A stretch of DNA of 30,904 bases from Pseudomonadota bacterium (GTDB taxonomy: Bacteria; Bdellovibrionota_G; JALEGL01; DATDPG01), in assembly GCA_043809315.1 (NCBI GenBank), contig JAZDDX010000042.1, positions 1-30,904 on the forward strand, in the 5' to 3' direction. Numbering within the stretch: position 1 is the first letter of the stretch; each line of letters starts with the position of its first letter. This document shows positions 1 through 9,552 of this stretch, in pieces. Made by a program: the position numbers and the translations under genes. The notes below the pieces were generated by a model. It had not been told where the DNA came from. It was given only the letters and a program-made list of their open reading frames with translations, and ran no database searches.

Positions 1-31
1 CGCGTGGCCCACGTGCTCCGGGGGGGGGGAA

Positions 32-1303
32 GTGAGCGGCGAACCGGGCGCGGTCATCACGTGCGATCTCGAGGGTCGAATCGAGGGGTTCGATCCGAGG
101 GCGTCGGCGCTCTTCGGATACGAGGCGGAAGAGGTCGTGAAGAGAAAACGGATCCCGATCCTTATGCCCGGGCATATCGCCGTGGGGCATCTGGGGGGGT
201 GGCTCAAGAGGGCGGGGGAGACGGGGGAGTTCCGCACGGAAACGGTTTGCCTGAGGAAAAACGGTTCTCCGTTCACCGCTGATCTCAAGATCACGCCGAA
301 TTATTGCGACGGCCGGCATATCGGATTCACGAGTGTCGCGGTCGCCCGACCGGAAGTTCCGGTCGAACAGGCGATGCCGGAGAAAGGGTTGAAGGACTGG
401 GTCCTTCGATGGGTCGTGATCTTGAGGCTTCCGTTCATGACTGCCTCGCTCGTCGGTGTCGTGATCGGCGCGGCGTGGGGGGGCTTCAGCCGGCCGGAGG
501 TTTCGATCTCCCCCTGGTGGTTCGTCCTGGTTCTTGTCGGGGGCGGGGCTTCACACTTGGCGGCCAATGTTTTCAACGATTACTTCGACCGGAAGGGGGG
601 GGTGGATGAAGTCAACACGGAATATTTCTCCCCATTCTCCGGTGGAAGCCGTGCGGTCGATCTCGGATTTGTCAGCGAGCGTGGGACGTTCATCGTGGCT
701 TCGGTTTCGCTCTTGGTTGCCGCGGCGGTTGGCCTGTTCCTGATCGTTTCGGGAAGAACGGCGATTCTTTATTTCGGGCTCTTCGGGGCTCTCTCCGGAT
801 ATTTCTATTCGGCACCTCCGCTTCGCCTCGCGGGGCGGAAGGGGTTGGGGGAGTTCGTGATTGGGCTCGATTTTGGCGTTCTTCTCGCCGCCGGGACGGT
901 CTATGCACTTACCGGCACGCTTTCGTTGAGAGATTTTCTGATCGGAGTTCCGATCGGGCTCTTAACGACAGCGATTCTCTATGTGAACCAGTTTGCCGAC
1001 ATGCGGTCCGACGCGGCGACGGGAAAGCACCACCTGGTGGTGGTGCTCGGAAAGCAGCGTGCATGTTACGGGTATCTCTTTCTCCTTCTGGCCGCTTTCG
1101 CGTTTCAGGTCGGGATGGTGGCGACGGGGCTGCTTCCGGTGCGCGCACTGTGGCCGCTCCTGACGATTCCTTTGGCGTTCACGAGTATCCGAACGGTCTT
1201 CCGGCATTATGACGATCGGTCCCTCGTCGGGGCCTGTCGGGGGACGATTCTTCTCCAACTCTTATTCGGGCTCCTTTCGGCCGCCGGCCTGTTCTGGTCG
1301 TAA
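32..1303 (+). CDS. menA: PAS-domain / MenA-like (UbiA family) prenyltransferase fusion, probable 1,4-dihydroxy-2-naphthoate polyprenyltransferase
   Basis: The first ~105 aa look like a PAS domain (VITCDLEGRIEGF..ASALFGYEAEEV; CLRKNGSPFTADLKITP). A multi-TM domain follows with MenA-type motifs RLPFMTAS, ANVFNDYFDRKGGVD, FSGGSR, YSAPPLRL...GLGE and NQFADMRSDAATGK. The frame is open to the window start, so the GTG start is uncertain. Confidence 0.75.
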   Translation: MSGEPGAVITCDLEGRIEGFDPRASALFGYEAEEVVKRKRIPILMPGHIAVGHLGGWLKRAGETGEFRTETVCLRKNGSPFTADLKITPNYCDGRHIGFTSVAVARPEVPVEQAMPEKGLKDWVLRWVVILRLPFMTASLVGVVIGAAWGGFSRPEVSISPWWFVLVLVGGGASHLAANVFNDYFDRKGGVDEVNTEYFSPFSGGSRAVDLGFVSERGTFIVASVSLLVAAAVGLFLIVSGRTAILYFGLFGALSGYFYSAPPLRLAGRKGLGEFVIGLDFGVLLAAGTVYALTGTLSLRDFLIGVPIGLLTTAILYVNQFADMRSDAATGKHHLVVVLGKQRACYGYLFLLLAAFAFQVGMVATGLLPVRALWPLLTIPLAFTSIRTVFRHYDDRSLVGACRGTILLQLLFGLLSAAGLFWS

Positions 1304-1312
1304 GAGTCTGTT

Positions 1313-3106
1313 TCAGCGCACCGGCGCGCACACACGCTTAATCCACGAGCGCTCCGCTCCTTTGAGAAGAGGGGAGAGCGTCTTAAGGACCCTTGCGTGG
1401 TAGGCGTTGAGCCAGGCTTTTTCATCGGACGTCAGCAGCCGGCGGTCGAGCAGCTTCGTGTCGATCGGGCAAAGGGTCAGCGTCTCGAACCGGTGCCAAG
1501 TCGTTTCCTTCGTACTGAACGACGGATCCTTCACGACCAGAACCAGGTTCTCGGTCCGGATCCCGAACTTTCCGGTCTCGTAATATCCCGGTTCGTTCGA
1601 GAGGATGTTCCCTTCCTCCAGCGGCACGCCGACACAACGGTTCGGGTTGATCGATTGCGGCCCTTCGTGAACGCTCAAATACGAACCGATCCCGTGGCCG
1701 GTCCCGTGGTTGTAGTCCAGCCCCCCCTCCCACATGGCGGCCCGGGCCAGTGTGTCCAGACGCAATCCCCGTACCCCTTGCGGGAAGCGGGCCTGCGCCA
1801 AACGGATGTGGCCCTTCAGGACGCGCGTAAAGGCTTCCGTCTGCTTGGGAGTTGGGCGTCCTCCCAACAAAACCGTCCGCGTGATGTCGGTTGTCCCGTC
1901 GAGGTACTGCCCCCCCGAATCGATCAGATAGATCCCTTTCGGGCGAAGAGGGGAATTCGTTTTCGGTTCCGACTCGTAATGGACGATCGCTCCGTGGGGG
2001 CCGTAGGCAGAGATCGTGTGGAAGCTCAAACCCCGGAAGTTTTTTCCCGGGCTCCGGAACTTCTCGAGTTCCGCCTCCGCTGACAGCTCTGTGACCTTCC
2101 CTTTCTTGACCGCCCCCTCGAGCCATCTAAGGAAACGGACCATCGCCACGCCGTCCCGCTCGAGGGCCCGGCGGATCCCGCGGATCTCCGTCGAATTCTT
2201 TTTCGCCTTCATCAGCGCCACAGGAGTCCGGTCGGAGATGATCTCGCATCCCCGAAGCCGGTCGATCACCCAACGACTCGTGACGGCAGCGTCGACCCAG
2301 ACTTTGGCGTGTCGATGACCGAGATCCACCAATGTCTTTTCAGCCGCTTCGTACGGGTGAACATCGGCCACCCGCTTGAGTTCACCTGCGACCGGACGGG
2401 AAAGTTTTTCCGTCCGCAGGAACAGGTCCGCGTGTGAGGAGGTGATGATCGCGTAGGCAATGACAACCGGGTTGAAATCGACGTCGTTGCTCCGGATGTT
2501 GAATATCCAGGCGACCGCGTCCAGGGTGGTCAAGACCAGCGCCCGCGCTCCGTGTTTCGACATCTCGTGGCGTACACGTCGGAGTTTTGAGGCAACAGAT
2601 TCGCCGGCGAATTGTTCGGATAAAATCGAGACCGGCTCGAGCGGAAACCCCGGACGGTCGGGCCAGATCGCGTCGATGAGGTTGTCTTTCACGGCAACCA
2701 ACTCGATCCCGGAAGCGGTCAGCGCCTTTTCGAGTGAATTCCAGGCGGAGAGCGGCAGAACCTGAGGGTCGACCCCGAGTCGCTCCCCCCGTTTGAGCGT
2801 TTTTACCGCGTGCTCTTCGAGTGTCGGTACCCCCGCGACGCCCATCTTGAAGAGATTGATCCCGCTCCCTTTGAGAACTGCCGCAGCCGCAAGAAAATAA
2901 CGACCGTCGGTCCAGAGACCGGCCCGGTTCTTGAATACCAGAACATCGCCGGCCGAGCCGTTGAATCCGCTCAGGTACGCTCTCCGCCGCCAGAGGGCGG
3001 GGACATATTCGCTCTGATGCGGGTCGGTGCTCGGGACCAAGTAGGCATCCAGATGATACCGTTTCATCCACTTCCGCAGCGCGGCCAGCTTCTCTCGGGT
3101 CGTCAT
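1313..3106 (-). CDS. Xaa-Pro aminopeptidase (aminopeptidase P, M24B)
   Basis: Motifs DPHQSEY, SGFNGSAG, LWTDGRY, DSGGQYLDGTTDITRT, HGTGHGIGSYLSVHEGP, NEPGYY and GIRTEN. Start moved to ATG 3106 (MTTREK), which follows an AGGGAGG Shine-Dalgarno. Confidence 0.93.
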   Translation of the reverse strand: MTTREKLAALRKWMKRYHLDAYLVPSTDPHQSEYVPALWRRRAYLSGFNGSAGDVLVFKNRAGLWTDGRYFLAAAAVLKGSGINLFKMGVAGVPTLEEHAVKTLKRGERLGVDPQVLPLSAWNSLEKALTASGIELVAVKDNLIDAIWPDRPGFPLEPVSILSEQFAGESVASKLRRVRHEMSKHGARALVLTTLDAVAWIFNIRSNDVDFNPVVIAYAIITSSHADLFLRTEKLSRPVAGELKRVADVHPYEAAEKTLVDLGHRHAKVWVDAAVTSRWVIDRLRGCEIISDRTPVALMKAKKNSTEIRGIRRALERDGVAMVRFLRWLEGAVKKGKVTELSAEAELEKFRSPGKNFRGLSFHTISAYGPHGAIVHYESEPKTNSPLRPKGIYLIDSGGQYLDGTTDITRTVLLGGRPTPKQTEAFTRVLKGHIRLAQARFPQGVRGLRLDTLARAAMWEGGLDYNHGTGHGIGSYLSVHEGPQSINPNRCVGVPLEEGNILSNEPGYYETGKFGIRTENLVLVVKDPSFSTKETTWHRFETLTLCPIDTKLLDRRLLTSDEKAWLNAYHARVLKTLSPLLKGAERSWIKRVCAPVR

Positions 3107-3229
3107 GTCGTTCCTCCCTTGAAACTCCCTTTTACGGTCTCCTTCCGCGGTTGTCAGCCGAATCGTTGTCGTTCCGCTGGACAACTCGGAACGGTTCGGC
3201 TACCCGGGAAAAGAAAGAGGAGGATCATC

Positions 3230-4246
3230 ATGGATGCGATCGAAGCAGGCGCCAGGCAGGCGGTTCTCAACTGTGCCAGTGTCAAATCCGGGGAAAACGT
3301 CGTCATCGTCACCGATCGCGCGACACGCCACCTGGCGGACGCGCTCCTTCGGCAGGCGGAAGGGGTGGGAGCGAAAGTCACTCTGTTCGTGATGGAGGAG
3401 TACGGCCCTCGGCCCACCGACGGAGTGAACCCCATCAAGTTCCCTGCGCAGATCGGGGAAGCCCTCGCGAAAGCACAGGTGAGCTTCTACATCGCCGCCG
3501 GAAAATCGGGGGAGCTGGCGAGTTTCCGGAAGCCGATGCTCCTCGTCGTCGAGAAGAACCACGTCCGTCACGGTCACATGCCTGGGTTCACGGAAGAGAT
3601 GATGAGCCAAGGGATGGCGTCGGACTACAGGGTGATCCAGGAGATTTCAAAGAAAGTCTATGACATCGTTTCGAAGGCGGCGGAAATCCGCGTCACCACG
3701 AAGAACGGGACCGACGTGACGGCGAAGTTCAGTCCGAAACGAAAATGGATCGTCGCCGATGGGCGGGTCACAAAAGAGAAGTGGACGAACCTTCCGGACG
3801 GGGAGGTTTTCACCTCCCCCGTTACGGCCGACGGCCCCGTCGTGATCGACGGCTGCCTGGGAGATTTCTTTACCGAAAAATACGGCGACCTCGGGAAGAC
3901 ACCGCTTCGGTATGAGTTGAAGGACGGTCGCGCCGTCGCGGGAAGCGTCTCATGTGCGAACGACGCCCTCAAGAAGGAGTTCGAGAAGTACACGTTCCAC
4001 ACCGATGAGAACTCGATGCGGGTCGGCGAGTTCGCGATCGGTACGAACATTGGGCTCAAGAAGCTGATCGGGAATCTTCTCCAAGATGAGAAGTTTCCCG
4101 GAGTTCATATCGCCCTCGGGGATCCGTATCCGGATCAGACCGGTGCCGATTATTCCAGCAAGGCCCACAACGACGGAGTCATGAGGAACCCGACGATCAC
4201 CGTCGACGGCCGTGTCATCATGAAGGAAGGGCAGTTCACTCTATGA
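3230..4246 (+). CDS. M29-family (AmpS/PepS-like) metallo-aminopeptidase
   Basis: Motifs NLPDGEVFTSP, GEFAIGTN, LLQDEKFPGVHIALG and HNDGV. Start moved to ATG 3230 (MDAIE), which follows GAGGAGG. The longer ORF-track start overlaps the divergent gene. Confidence 0.85.
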   Translation: MDAIEAGARQAVLNCASVKSGENVVIVTDRATRHLADALLRQAEGVGAKVTLFVMEEYGPRPTDGVNPIKFPAQIGEALAKAQVSFYIAAGKSGELASFRKPMLLVVEKNHVRHGHMPGFTEEMMSQGMASDYRVIQEISKKVYDIVSKAAEIRVTTKNGTDVTAKFSPKRKWIVADGRVTKEKWTNLPDGEVFTSPVTADGPVVIDGCLGDFFTEKYGDLGKTPLRYELKDGRAVAGSVSCANDALKKEFEKYTFHTDENSMRVGEFAIGTNIGLKKLIGNLLQDEKFPGVHIALGDPYPDQTGADYSSKAHNDGVMRNPTITVDGRVIMKEGQFTL

Positions 4247-6273
4247 AGGAAGCCGATGAATGTCCCCGAACGCTGCCTGAAAACGCGTTCCGTCCCCTGA
4301 ACCCGGGGGAAACCTACGTCCCGATGGTCCGGGACGAAGAAACGGTCCGGGAGGTGAGCCTCCGCACCATCGTCACCGGCTTGGTGATGACGGTGATCTT
4401 CTCCGCGGCGGCCGGGTTCATCGCCCTCAAGACGGGGCAGGGGTTCGAGACCGCGATCCCGATCGTCATCATCTCGGTCGGCCTTTCGGCGCTCTTTCCG
4501 CGAAAGAGCACGCTTCTCGAGAACGTCAACATCATGGCAATCGGAGCGACCGCCTCCGGCGCGGTCGGTGGGACGATCTTCACCCTGCCTGCCCTCTGGA
4601 TTCTCGGCGTCGAGCAGTACACGAGCTTTCTCCAGATCTTCCTGATCTCACTCTTGGGAACCTGGCTCGGGATCCTCTTTTTGATTCCGTTCCGGCGATA
4701 TTTCGTCTCCGACATGCACGGGAAGCTCCCGTTTCCGGAAGGGACGGCGATCATCCGGACGCTCGTCGCCGGCGAGACCGGCGGGGCGCAAGCGCGGACG
4801 CTCGCCTACTGGGGGATCTTCGGGTTCATCTTCGACGGTTTGCTCTACATCCTGAAGGTGTGGCGGGAGGTGGTGACGACCTCTCTCGTCGGTTTTCTGG
4901 AGCCGGTCACGAAGAACACGAAATTGATCTTCAGCATGACCGCTTCGGGCGCGATGGCGGGGCTCGGGATGATCATCGGTCTCGAGTACGCGACGATCAT
5001 CCTGGGCGGGGCGATCCTCTCCTGGTGGATCTTTGTTCCCCTCTTTCCGTTGGTTGCCGATCTTCTTCGGTACCCGCTCGCTCTGGGCGGAATTACACTT
5101 CCGGCGGTCGATGTAATTCGCGACATGGACGCGCACGCCATCTTTCGCGGTTACATCCGGCACATCGGGATCGGCGGGATCTTCGCCGCCGGGTTGATCA
5201 GCATCTTCAAGCTCCGGAAGGTGATTTATGACGCCCTGACGAAGGGGATGCGGGGGCTCTTAAGCGCCAAACGCGGCGGAGAAACAAGTCGCCGGACCGA
5301 TCTCGACCTCGACATGGGAAAGGTGCTCCTGATGTTCGTCGGAGTCGCGGCGCTCGTCTTTCTCTATTATCGCTTCAGCGTCCTGCTCGATCAGCCGGGA
5401 GCGACCCGTCTGAGCATCGCCTCTCTGTTGATCGTTCTTGTCATGTCGTTCCTGTTCTCAGCGGTTTCGGCCTGGGCGATCGCGATGATCAGCGTGACGC
5501 CGGTGAGCGGGATGACCGCCACCTCCCTCATCATCACCGGTCTTGTTCTCGTAAAAATGGGGTTGACGGGAGAAGCGGGGATGTTGGCCGCCATCCTGAT
5601 CGGTGGCGTGATCTGCACCTCTCTGTCGATGTCGGGGACGCTCGTGACGGAGTTCAAGATCGCGCACTGGACCGGAGCGACGCCGAAAAAGGTTCAGGTT
5701 TGGAGTTTGATCGGTGCGGTTCTTGCGGCGCTGACCACGGGATGCGTGATCCTCCTCCTCGCCAAGACGCACGGGTACGCCGCGGACGCGACCCATCCGA
5801 ACCCGATGCCGGCGCCGCAGGCGAACGCCATGGCTGCCGTCGTGCGGAGCTTTTTCAGCGCGGGAAGCGCGCCGTGGTTTTTCTACGGCCTTGGGGCGCT
5901 GATTTCATTGATCGTCGCATTCACGGGGGTGAGCGCGCTTGCCTTCGCTCTCGGAATGTACCTTCCGCTGGAACTCAACACGCCGATCTTCCTCGGCGCC
6001 CTTGTGGTCTGGTTCCTCAAGAAATCGAGCCGGAGCGAAAAAGAGATGCACGCACGGGAAGAGAAGGGGAATCTCGTGGCGAGCGGCCTGATCGCCGGGG
6101 GAGGGCTGGCTGGGATCGCTTCGGCCTTCGTGATCATTGTTGTCGGGGAAGAGCGCGCCTCCTCGCTTCTTCCGGGGCTTCCGAACGAGGGACCGTTCGG
6201 GAATGTACTGGGCTTGGTGCTCTTCGCGGCGTTGCTTGCGTACATCTATCGAGCCTGCAAGAAGACCGATTAA
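4243..6273 (+). CDS. OPT-family oligopeptide transporter
   Basis: 676-aa polytopic membrane protein with LKTGQGFETAIP, LENVN, IFTLPAL, LPFPEGTA, PVSGMT, GATPKKVQ, PAPQANAM, ALGMYLP and ASGLIAG. ATGA overlap with the upstream peptidase stop. Confidence 0.92.
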   Translation: MKEADECPRTLPENAFRPLNPGETYVPMVRDEETVREVSLRTIVTGLVMTVIFSAAAGFIALKTGQGFETAIPIVIISVGLSALFPRKSTLLENVNIMAIGATASGAVGGTIFTLPALWILGVEQYTSFLQIFLISLLGTWLGILFLIPFRRYFVSDMHGKLPFPEGTAIIRTLVAGETGGAQARTLAYWGIFGFIFDGLLYILKVWREVVTTSLVGFLEPVTKNTKLIFSMTASGAMAGLGMIIGLEYATIILGGAILSWWIFVPLFPLVADLLRYPLALGGITLPAVDVIRDMDAHAIFRGYIRHIGIGGIFAAGLISIFKLRKVIYDALTKGMRGLLSAKRGGETSRRTDLDLDMGKVLLMFVGVAALVFLYYRFSVLLDQPGATRLSIASLLIVLVMSFLFSAVSAWAIAMISVTPVSGMTATSLIITGLVLVKMGLTGEAGMLAAILIGGVICTSLSMSGTLVTEFKIAHWTGATPKKVQVWSLIGAVLAALTTGCVILLLAKTHGYAADATHPNPMPAPQANAMAAVVRSFFSAGSAPWFFYGLGALISLIVAFTGVSALAFALGMYLPLELNTPIFLGALVVWFLKKSSRSEKEMHAREEKGNLVASGLIAGGGLAGIASAFVIIVVGEERASSLLPGLPNEGPFGNVLGLVLFAALLAYIYRACKKTD

Positions 6274-6845
6274 AGATAGAACAGCGCGGCCAACTGGATC
6301 CCGTAGCTCAGGACGTTTTCGCCGTTGACCCGGGCATAATTCGCTTCGATCTCGGGGGCGAGGGCGAAGAACTTAACGAGACGGAATTCGTATCCGGTCG
6401 CGGCCAGCATCGAGAAACCGACTTTCGACTCCATCGAGACGCCGACCCCGCCCATGTTGGTGTCCAGTCGGGATACCGCCATCCCGAGGCCGGAACGGCC
6501 GTAAAAGCCCTCCATGAAGAAGTACTGGGCGGATAAACAGAAACTGCTGACGGAAAGATAGTCCGTACCCCCCCAGCTTGTGACGGCGGCGAAACTCTCT
6601 CCCATCAGGAGCAGCTTGTCGTTGATCCCTCCGCCGATCCGCAGGCTTCCGATGCCGGCCCCCTTCGACATCGAATCGGTGGACGACAGGAAACTGATCC
6701 CCCCTCCGCCGAGGCCGAGGCCCAGGAAGAACCCCCGTCGAGAGGCGTTGGTTTGGGCGTTGGTCGGCTGAACCGTCACTTCTTGGGCATTTGCGGGGGT
6801 GATCAAGAGGAAAGAGAGCAGGAGAACGATCGGGAGGCTCTTCAT
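6270..6845 (-). CDS. Small outer-membrane beta-barrel protein
   Basis: Sec signal peptide (..ITPANA). About 8 amphipathic Gly/aromatic strands (GFFLGLGLGGG, FYGRSGLG, GYEFRL, LAPEIEANY) and an aromatic C-terminal strand (ALFYL). Confidence 0.7.
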   Translation of the reverse strand: MKSLPIVLLLSFLLITPANAQEVTVQPTNAQTNASRRGFFLGLGLGGGGISFLSSTDSMSKGAGIGSLRIGGGINDKLLLMGESFAAVTSWGGTDYLSVSSFCLSAQYFFMEGFYGRSGLGMAVSRLDTNMGGVGVSMESKVGFSMLAATGYEFRLVKFFALAPEIEANYARVNGENVLSYGIQLAALFYL

Positions 6846-6913
6846 AAAAGGAAGGATACCATCTTGAATCGGAATCGCGAATGAGTATTGTCCCGATCCA
6901 CGGAGGATTCAAC

Positions 6914-7963
6914 ATGCTGCCGACCCAAGCGTACGCGACGACTGGACCCAAGGCCCCCCTGGGACCGTTCGAATTCGAAAGGCGCGAACCAGGCCCGAAC
7001 GATCTCCTAATCGAGATCCACTATTGCGGGATCTGCCATTCCGACATCCATCAGGCGCGGGACGAGTGGGGGGGGTCGATTTTCCCGATGGTTCCCGGAC
7101 ACGAGATCGCCGGGGTAGTGACGCGGGTCGGTTCGAAGGTGAGCCGTTTCAAAGTCGGCGACAAGGTCGGCGTCGGGTGCATGGTCGATTCGTGCCGGGA
7201 TTGCCCGGATTGCCGTGAAGGGCTCGAGCAGTTCTGCCAGCACAGCCCATCCTTCACCTACAACAGCCGCGAGCGCGACGGGAAAACACCGACGTTCGGC
7301 GGGTATTCGACCCAGATCACGGTCGACGAGAACTTCGTTCTCCGGATTCCGGAGTCGCTCTCTCTGGATGTGGCCGCCCCGTTGCTCTGTGCCGGGATCA
7401 CGACCTATTCGCCTCTCCGGCATTGGAACGCGGGGTCGGGGAAACGGGTTGCCGTGGTGGGTTTAGGCGGGCTCGGTCACATGGGGGTCAAACTCGGAAG
7501 AGCGATGGGGGCCGAGATCACGGTCTTGAGTCAGTCGCTCAAGAAGAAGGAGGACGGGATGCGGCTCGGCGCGAGCGAGTACTACGCGACCTCCGATCCG
7601 CAGACGTTCAAGAAACTGACCGGATCGTTCGACCTGATCCTCAACACGGTCTCGGTCGACATCGATTGGAACCAGTACTTGAACCTGCTCCGTCGGGACG
7701 GATCGATGGTGCTCTTAGGAGTTCCGCCGAAGGCCCCGTCGGTTCACGCGTTCAGCCTGATCGGCCGCCGCCGGAATTTGACCGGTTCGTTGATCGGCGG
7801 GATTCGCGAGACGCAGGAGATGCTCGATTTCTGCGGAGAGCACGGAATCGGTTCCGAGATCGAGACGATCCCGGTTTCCAAGGTGAACGAGGCGTACGAG
7901 CGGATGATCCGGGGGGATGTCCGATACCGCTTCGTCATCGACTGTGCGTCGCTGAAGAAGTGA
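6914..7963 (+). CDS. Zn-dependent NAD(P)H alcohol dehydrogenase / aldehyde reductase (cinnamyl-ADH, YahK/AdhA-like)
   Basis: Motifs CGICHSD, PGHE, structural Zn site CRDCPDC...[24 protein letters not shown] and [12 protein letters not shown] 6914 follows GGAGG. Confidence 0.93.
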   Translation: MLPTQAYATTGPKAPLGPFEFERREPGPNDLLIEIHYCGICHSDIHQARDEWGGSIFPMVPGHEIAGVVTRVGSKVSRFKVGDKVGVGCMVDSCRDCPDCREGLEQFCQHSPSFTYNSRERDGKTPTFGGYSTQITVDENFVLRIPESLSLDVAAPLLCAGITTYSPLRHWNAGSGKRVAVVGLGGLGHMGVKLGRAMGAEITVLSQSLKKKEDGMRLGASEYYATSDPQTFKKLTGSFDLILNTVSVDIDWNQYLNLLRRDGSMVLLGVPPKAPSVHAFSLIGRRRNLTGSLIGGIRETQEMLDFCGEHGIGSEIETIPVSKVNEAYERMIRGDVRYRFVIDCASLKK

Positions 7964-7968
7964 CGAAG

Positions 7969-7984
7969 CGGCCGAGTTCGGCCG
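7969..7984. terminator. GC-rich hairpin between convergent genes, possible bidirectional terminator
   Basis: CGGCCG-AGTT-CGGCCG inverted repeat in the 21-bp gap between the ADH and ferredoxin stop codons. No long U tract. Confidence 0.35.
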
Positions 7985-8170
7985 TTACTCTTTCTTGATC
8001 GCTTCGACCGGGCAGACCGAGACGCAGTGGGAGCCGTCCGGCTGATCCGTGCATTCGTTACAGGTCGCGGGATTGATCACGTAAACGTCCCCTTCCGTGA
8101 TCGATTCGGTCGGACATTCCGGGACGCAAGCCCCGCAAGCGCTGCAATCTTCGGTTATCTTTAGTGCCAT
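7985..8170 (-). CDS. 2[4Fe-4S] ferredoxin (YfhL/Alvin type)
   Basis: CSACGACVPECP and CNEC-x8-CVSVCP motifs. AGGAGG SD upstream. Confidence 0.9.
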   Translation of the reverse strand: MALKITEDCSACGACVPECPTESITEGDVYVINPATCNECTDQPDGSHCVSVCPVEAIKKE

Positions 8171-8329
8171 CGAAAAAGCCTCCTACCTCGAGTGATCCTT
8201 AGCAATTATGGCAGAATCCGCCAGCAACGAATGATCTCGATCAATGTTTCCTGGACTTAGGCCCAGTTCCGAGTTCCTTGCCGAGCGGTAGGAACTGTAA
8301 TATCAGATGGAAATTACTCCGGTTTTGAA

Positions 8330-9547
8330 GTGATGCAGATGCCGACGCCACAACAGCCGAACGCAGACCTCTTCGAAAAGTGTAGCCGCTTCACAAAGGC
8401 GGACGAGATCAAACTGCTCGGGATGTACCCGTATTTTCGCGTCATTGAGAGCGGACAGGACACCGCGGTCACCGTGGATGGCCGGAAGATGCTGATGCTC
8501 GGCTCAAACGCCTATCTGGAGCTGACCACCCATCCCAAAGTCAAAGAGAAGGCGATGGAGGCGGTTCGGAAATACGGGACCGGTTGCGCAGGATCGCGAT
8601 TTTTGAACGGAACGCTTCCGATCCATCTGGAGCTGGAACGGCGGCTCGCGGAGTTGGTCGGAAAAGAGGCGGCGCTCGTCTATCCGACCGGCTTCCAGAC
8701 CAACACCGGCGTCATCGCCTGTCTCGTTCAACGGGGGGAGTACATCGTTTCCGATAAGTTCAACCACGCCTCGATCGTCGACGGTGCGACGCAGTCGGCG
8801 GGGACGATGGTGCGGTTCGAGCACAACAACATCGAGGATCTGGAGCGCCGGCTGGCCGAGATTCCGTCGGATGCGAACAAACTGGTCGTGACCGACGGCG
8901 TTTTCTCGATGGAAGGGGATATCTGCCGCCTTCCCGAACTCGTGCGGGTTTCCAAGAAGTACGGGGCCCGGGTGATGGTCGACGACGCCCACGGGATCGG
9001 CGTGATGGGCCCCGGGGGTGCAGGGACCGCCGCCCATTTCGGGCTGACCGATTCGGTCGACCTGATCATGGGGACATTCTCGAAATCACTTGCCGCAATC
9101 GGAGGATTCATCGCCGCCAGCGAGCGGGTGATCAACTACCTGATGCATCACTCCCGCCCGTTTATCTTCTCCGCTTCGGCGTCTCCCGCGAGCGTAGCCG
9201 CGGTTTTGGCCGCCCTCGACATCATGAGGGACGAGCCGGAACGGCTTGAGAGGCTCTGGGAGAACGCCCGTTTCATGAAACAGGGGCTCGTCTCCCTCGG
9301 ATTCGACACCGGCACTTCGGAAACCCCGATCATTCCGGTCGTTGTCGGGGAGATGGAAGTCTGCTTTCAGGTCTGGCGCTGGTTGCACGACCAGGGGATC
9401 TTCGTGAACCCGGTTCCTCCCCCCGCGGTCCCCCCGAACCGGTCGCTGATCCGGATCTCGGTTACTGCCGGACACACTCGCGATCAGCTCTCCATGGCTC
9501 TGGACAAGTTCGCACAGGCGGGGCGCAAGTTCGGCGTCATTCAGTAA
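8330..9547 (+). CDS. spt: Serine palmitoyltransferase (PLP-dependent alpha-oxoamine synthase family)
   Basis: N-terminal GMYPYFR, GSNAYL, GTGCAGSRFLNGT, NHASIVDG, DGVFSMEGD, DDAHG and PLP-lysine motif GTFSKSLA. Lies directly upstream of a ceramide-synthase-like GNAT gene. Start could be 8330, 8333 or 8339. Confidence 0.82.
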   Translation: MMQMPTPQQPNADLFEKCSRFTKADEIKLLGMYPYFRVIESGQDTAVTVDGRKMLMLGSNAYLELTTHPKVKEKAMEAVRKYGTGCAGSRFLNGTLPIHLELERRLAELVGKEAALVYPTGFQTNTGVIACLVQRGEYIVSDKFNHASIVDGATQSAGTMVRFEHNNIEDLERRLAEIPSDANKLVVTDGVFSMEGDICRLPELVRVSKKYGARVMVDDAHGIGVMGPGGAGTAAHFGLTDSVDLIMGTFSKSLAAIGGFIAASERVINYLMHHSRPFIFSASASPASVAAVLAALDIMRDEPERLERLWENARFMKQGLVSLGFDTGTSETPIIPVVVGEMEVCFQVWRWLHDQGIFVNPVPPPAVPPNRSLIRISVTAGHTRDQLSMALDKFAQAGRKFGVIQ

Positions 9548-9552
9548 ACTCC

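Noticed and set aside
20-29. G10 homopolymer just before the PAS-MenA start as a phase-variation tract
   Set aside because: G runs of 6-8 are common in coding regions of this window, the tract sits at the window edge, and there is no read-level evidence of length variation.
2810-3229. Overlapping N-terminal extensions of the two divergent peptidases (and sigma extension 20071-20208)
   Set aside because: Downstream ATGs give non-overlapping or properly coupled genes of family-typical length, and the two peptidase starts have clear SD sequences.
7985-8170. Ferredoxin as electron donor for sphingolipid modification
   Set aside because: Only adjacency supports it. No desaturase or hydroxylase is in the cluster, and YfhL-type ferredoxins are widespread housekeeping proteins.
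8330-9547. Annotation as bioF or kbl
   Set aside because: Same fold, but no biotin or tdh genes are adjacent. The YPYFR and GTFSKS motifs and the bCerS-like neighbour favour Spt.
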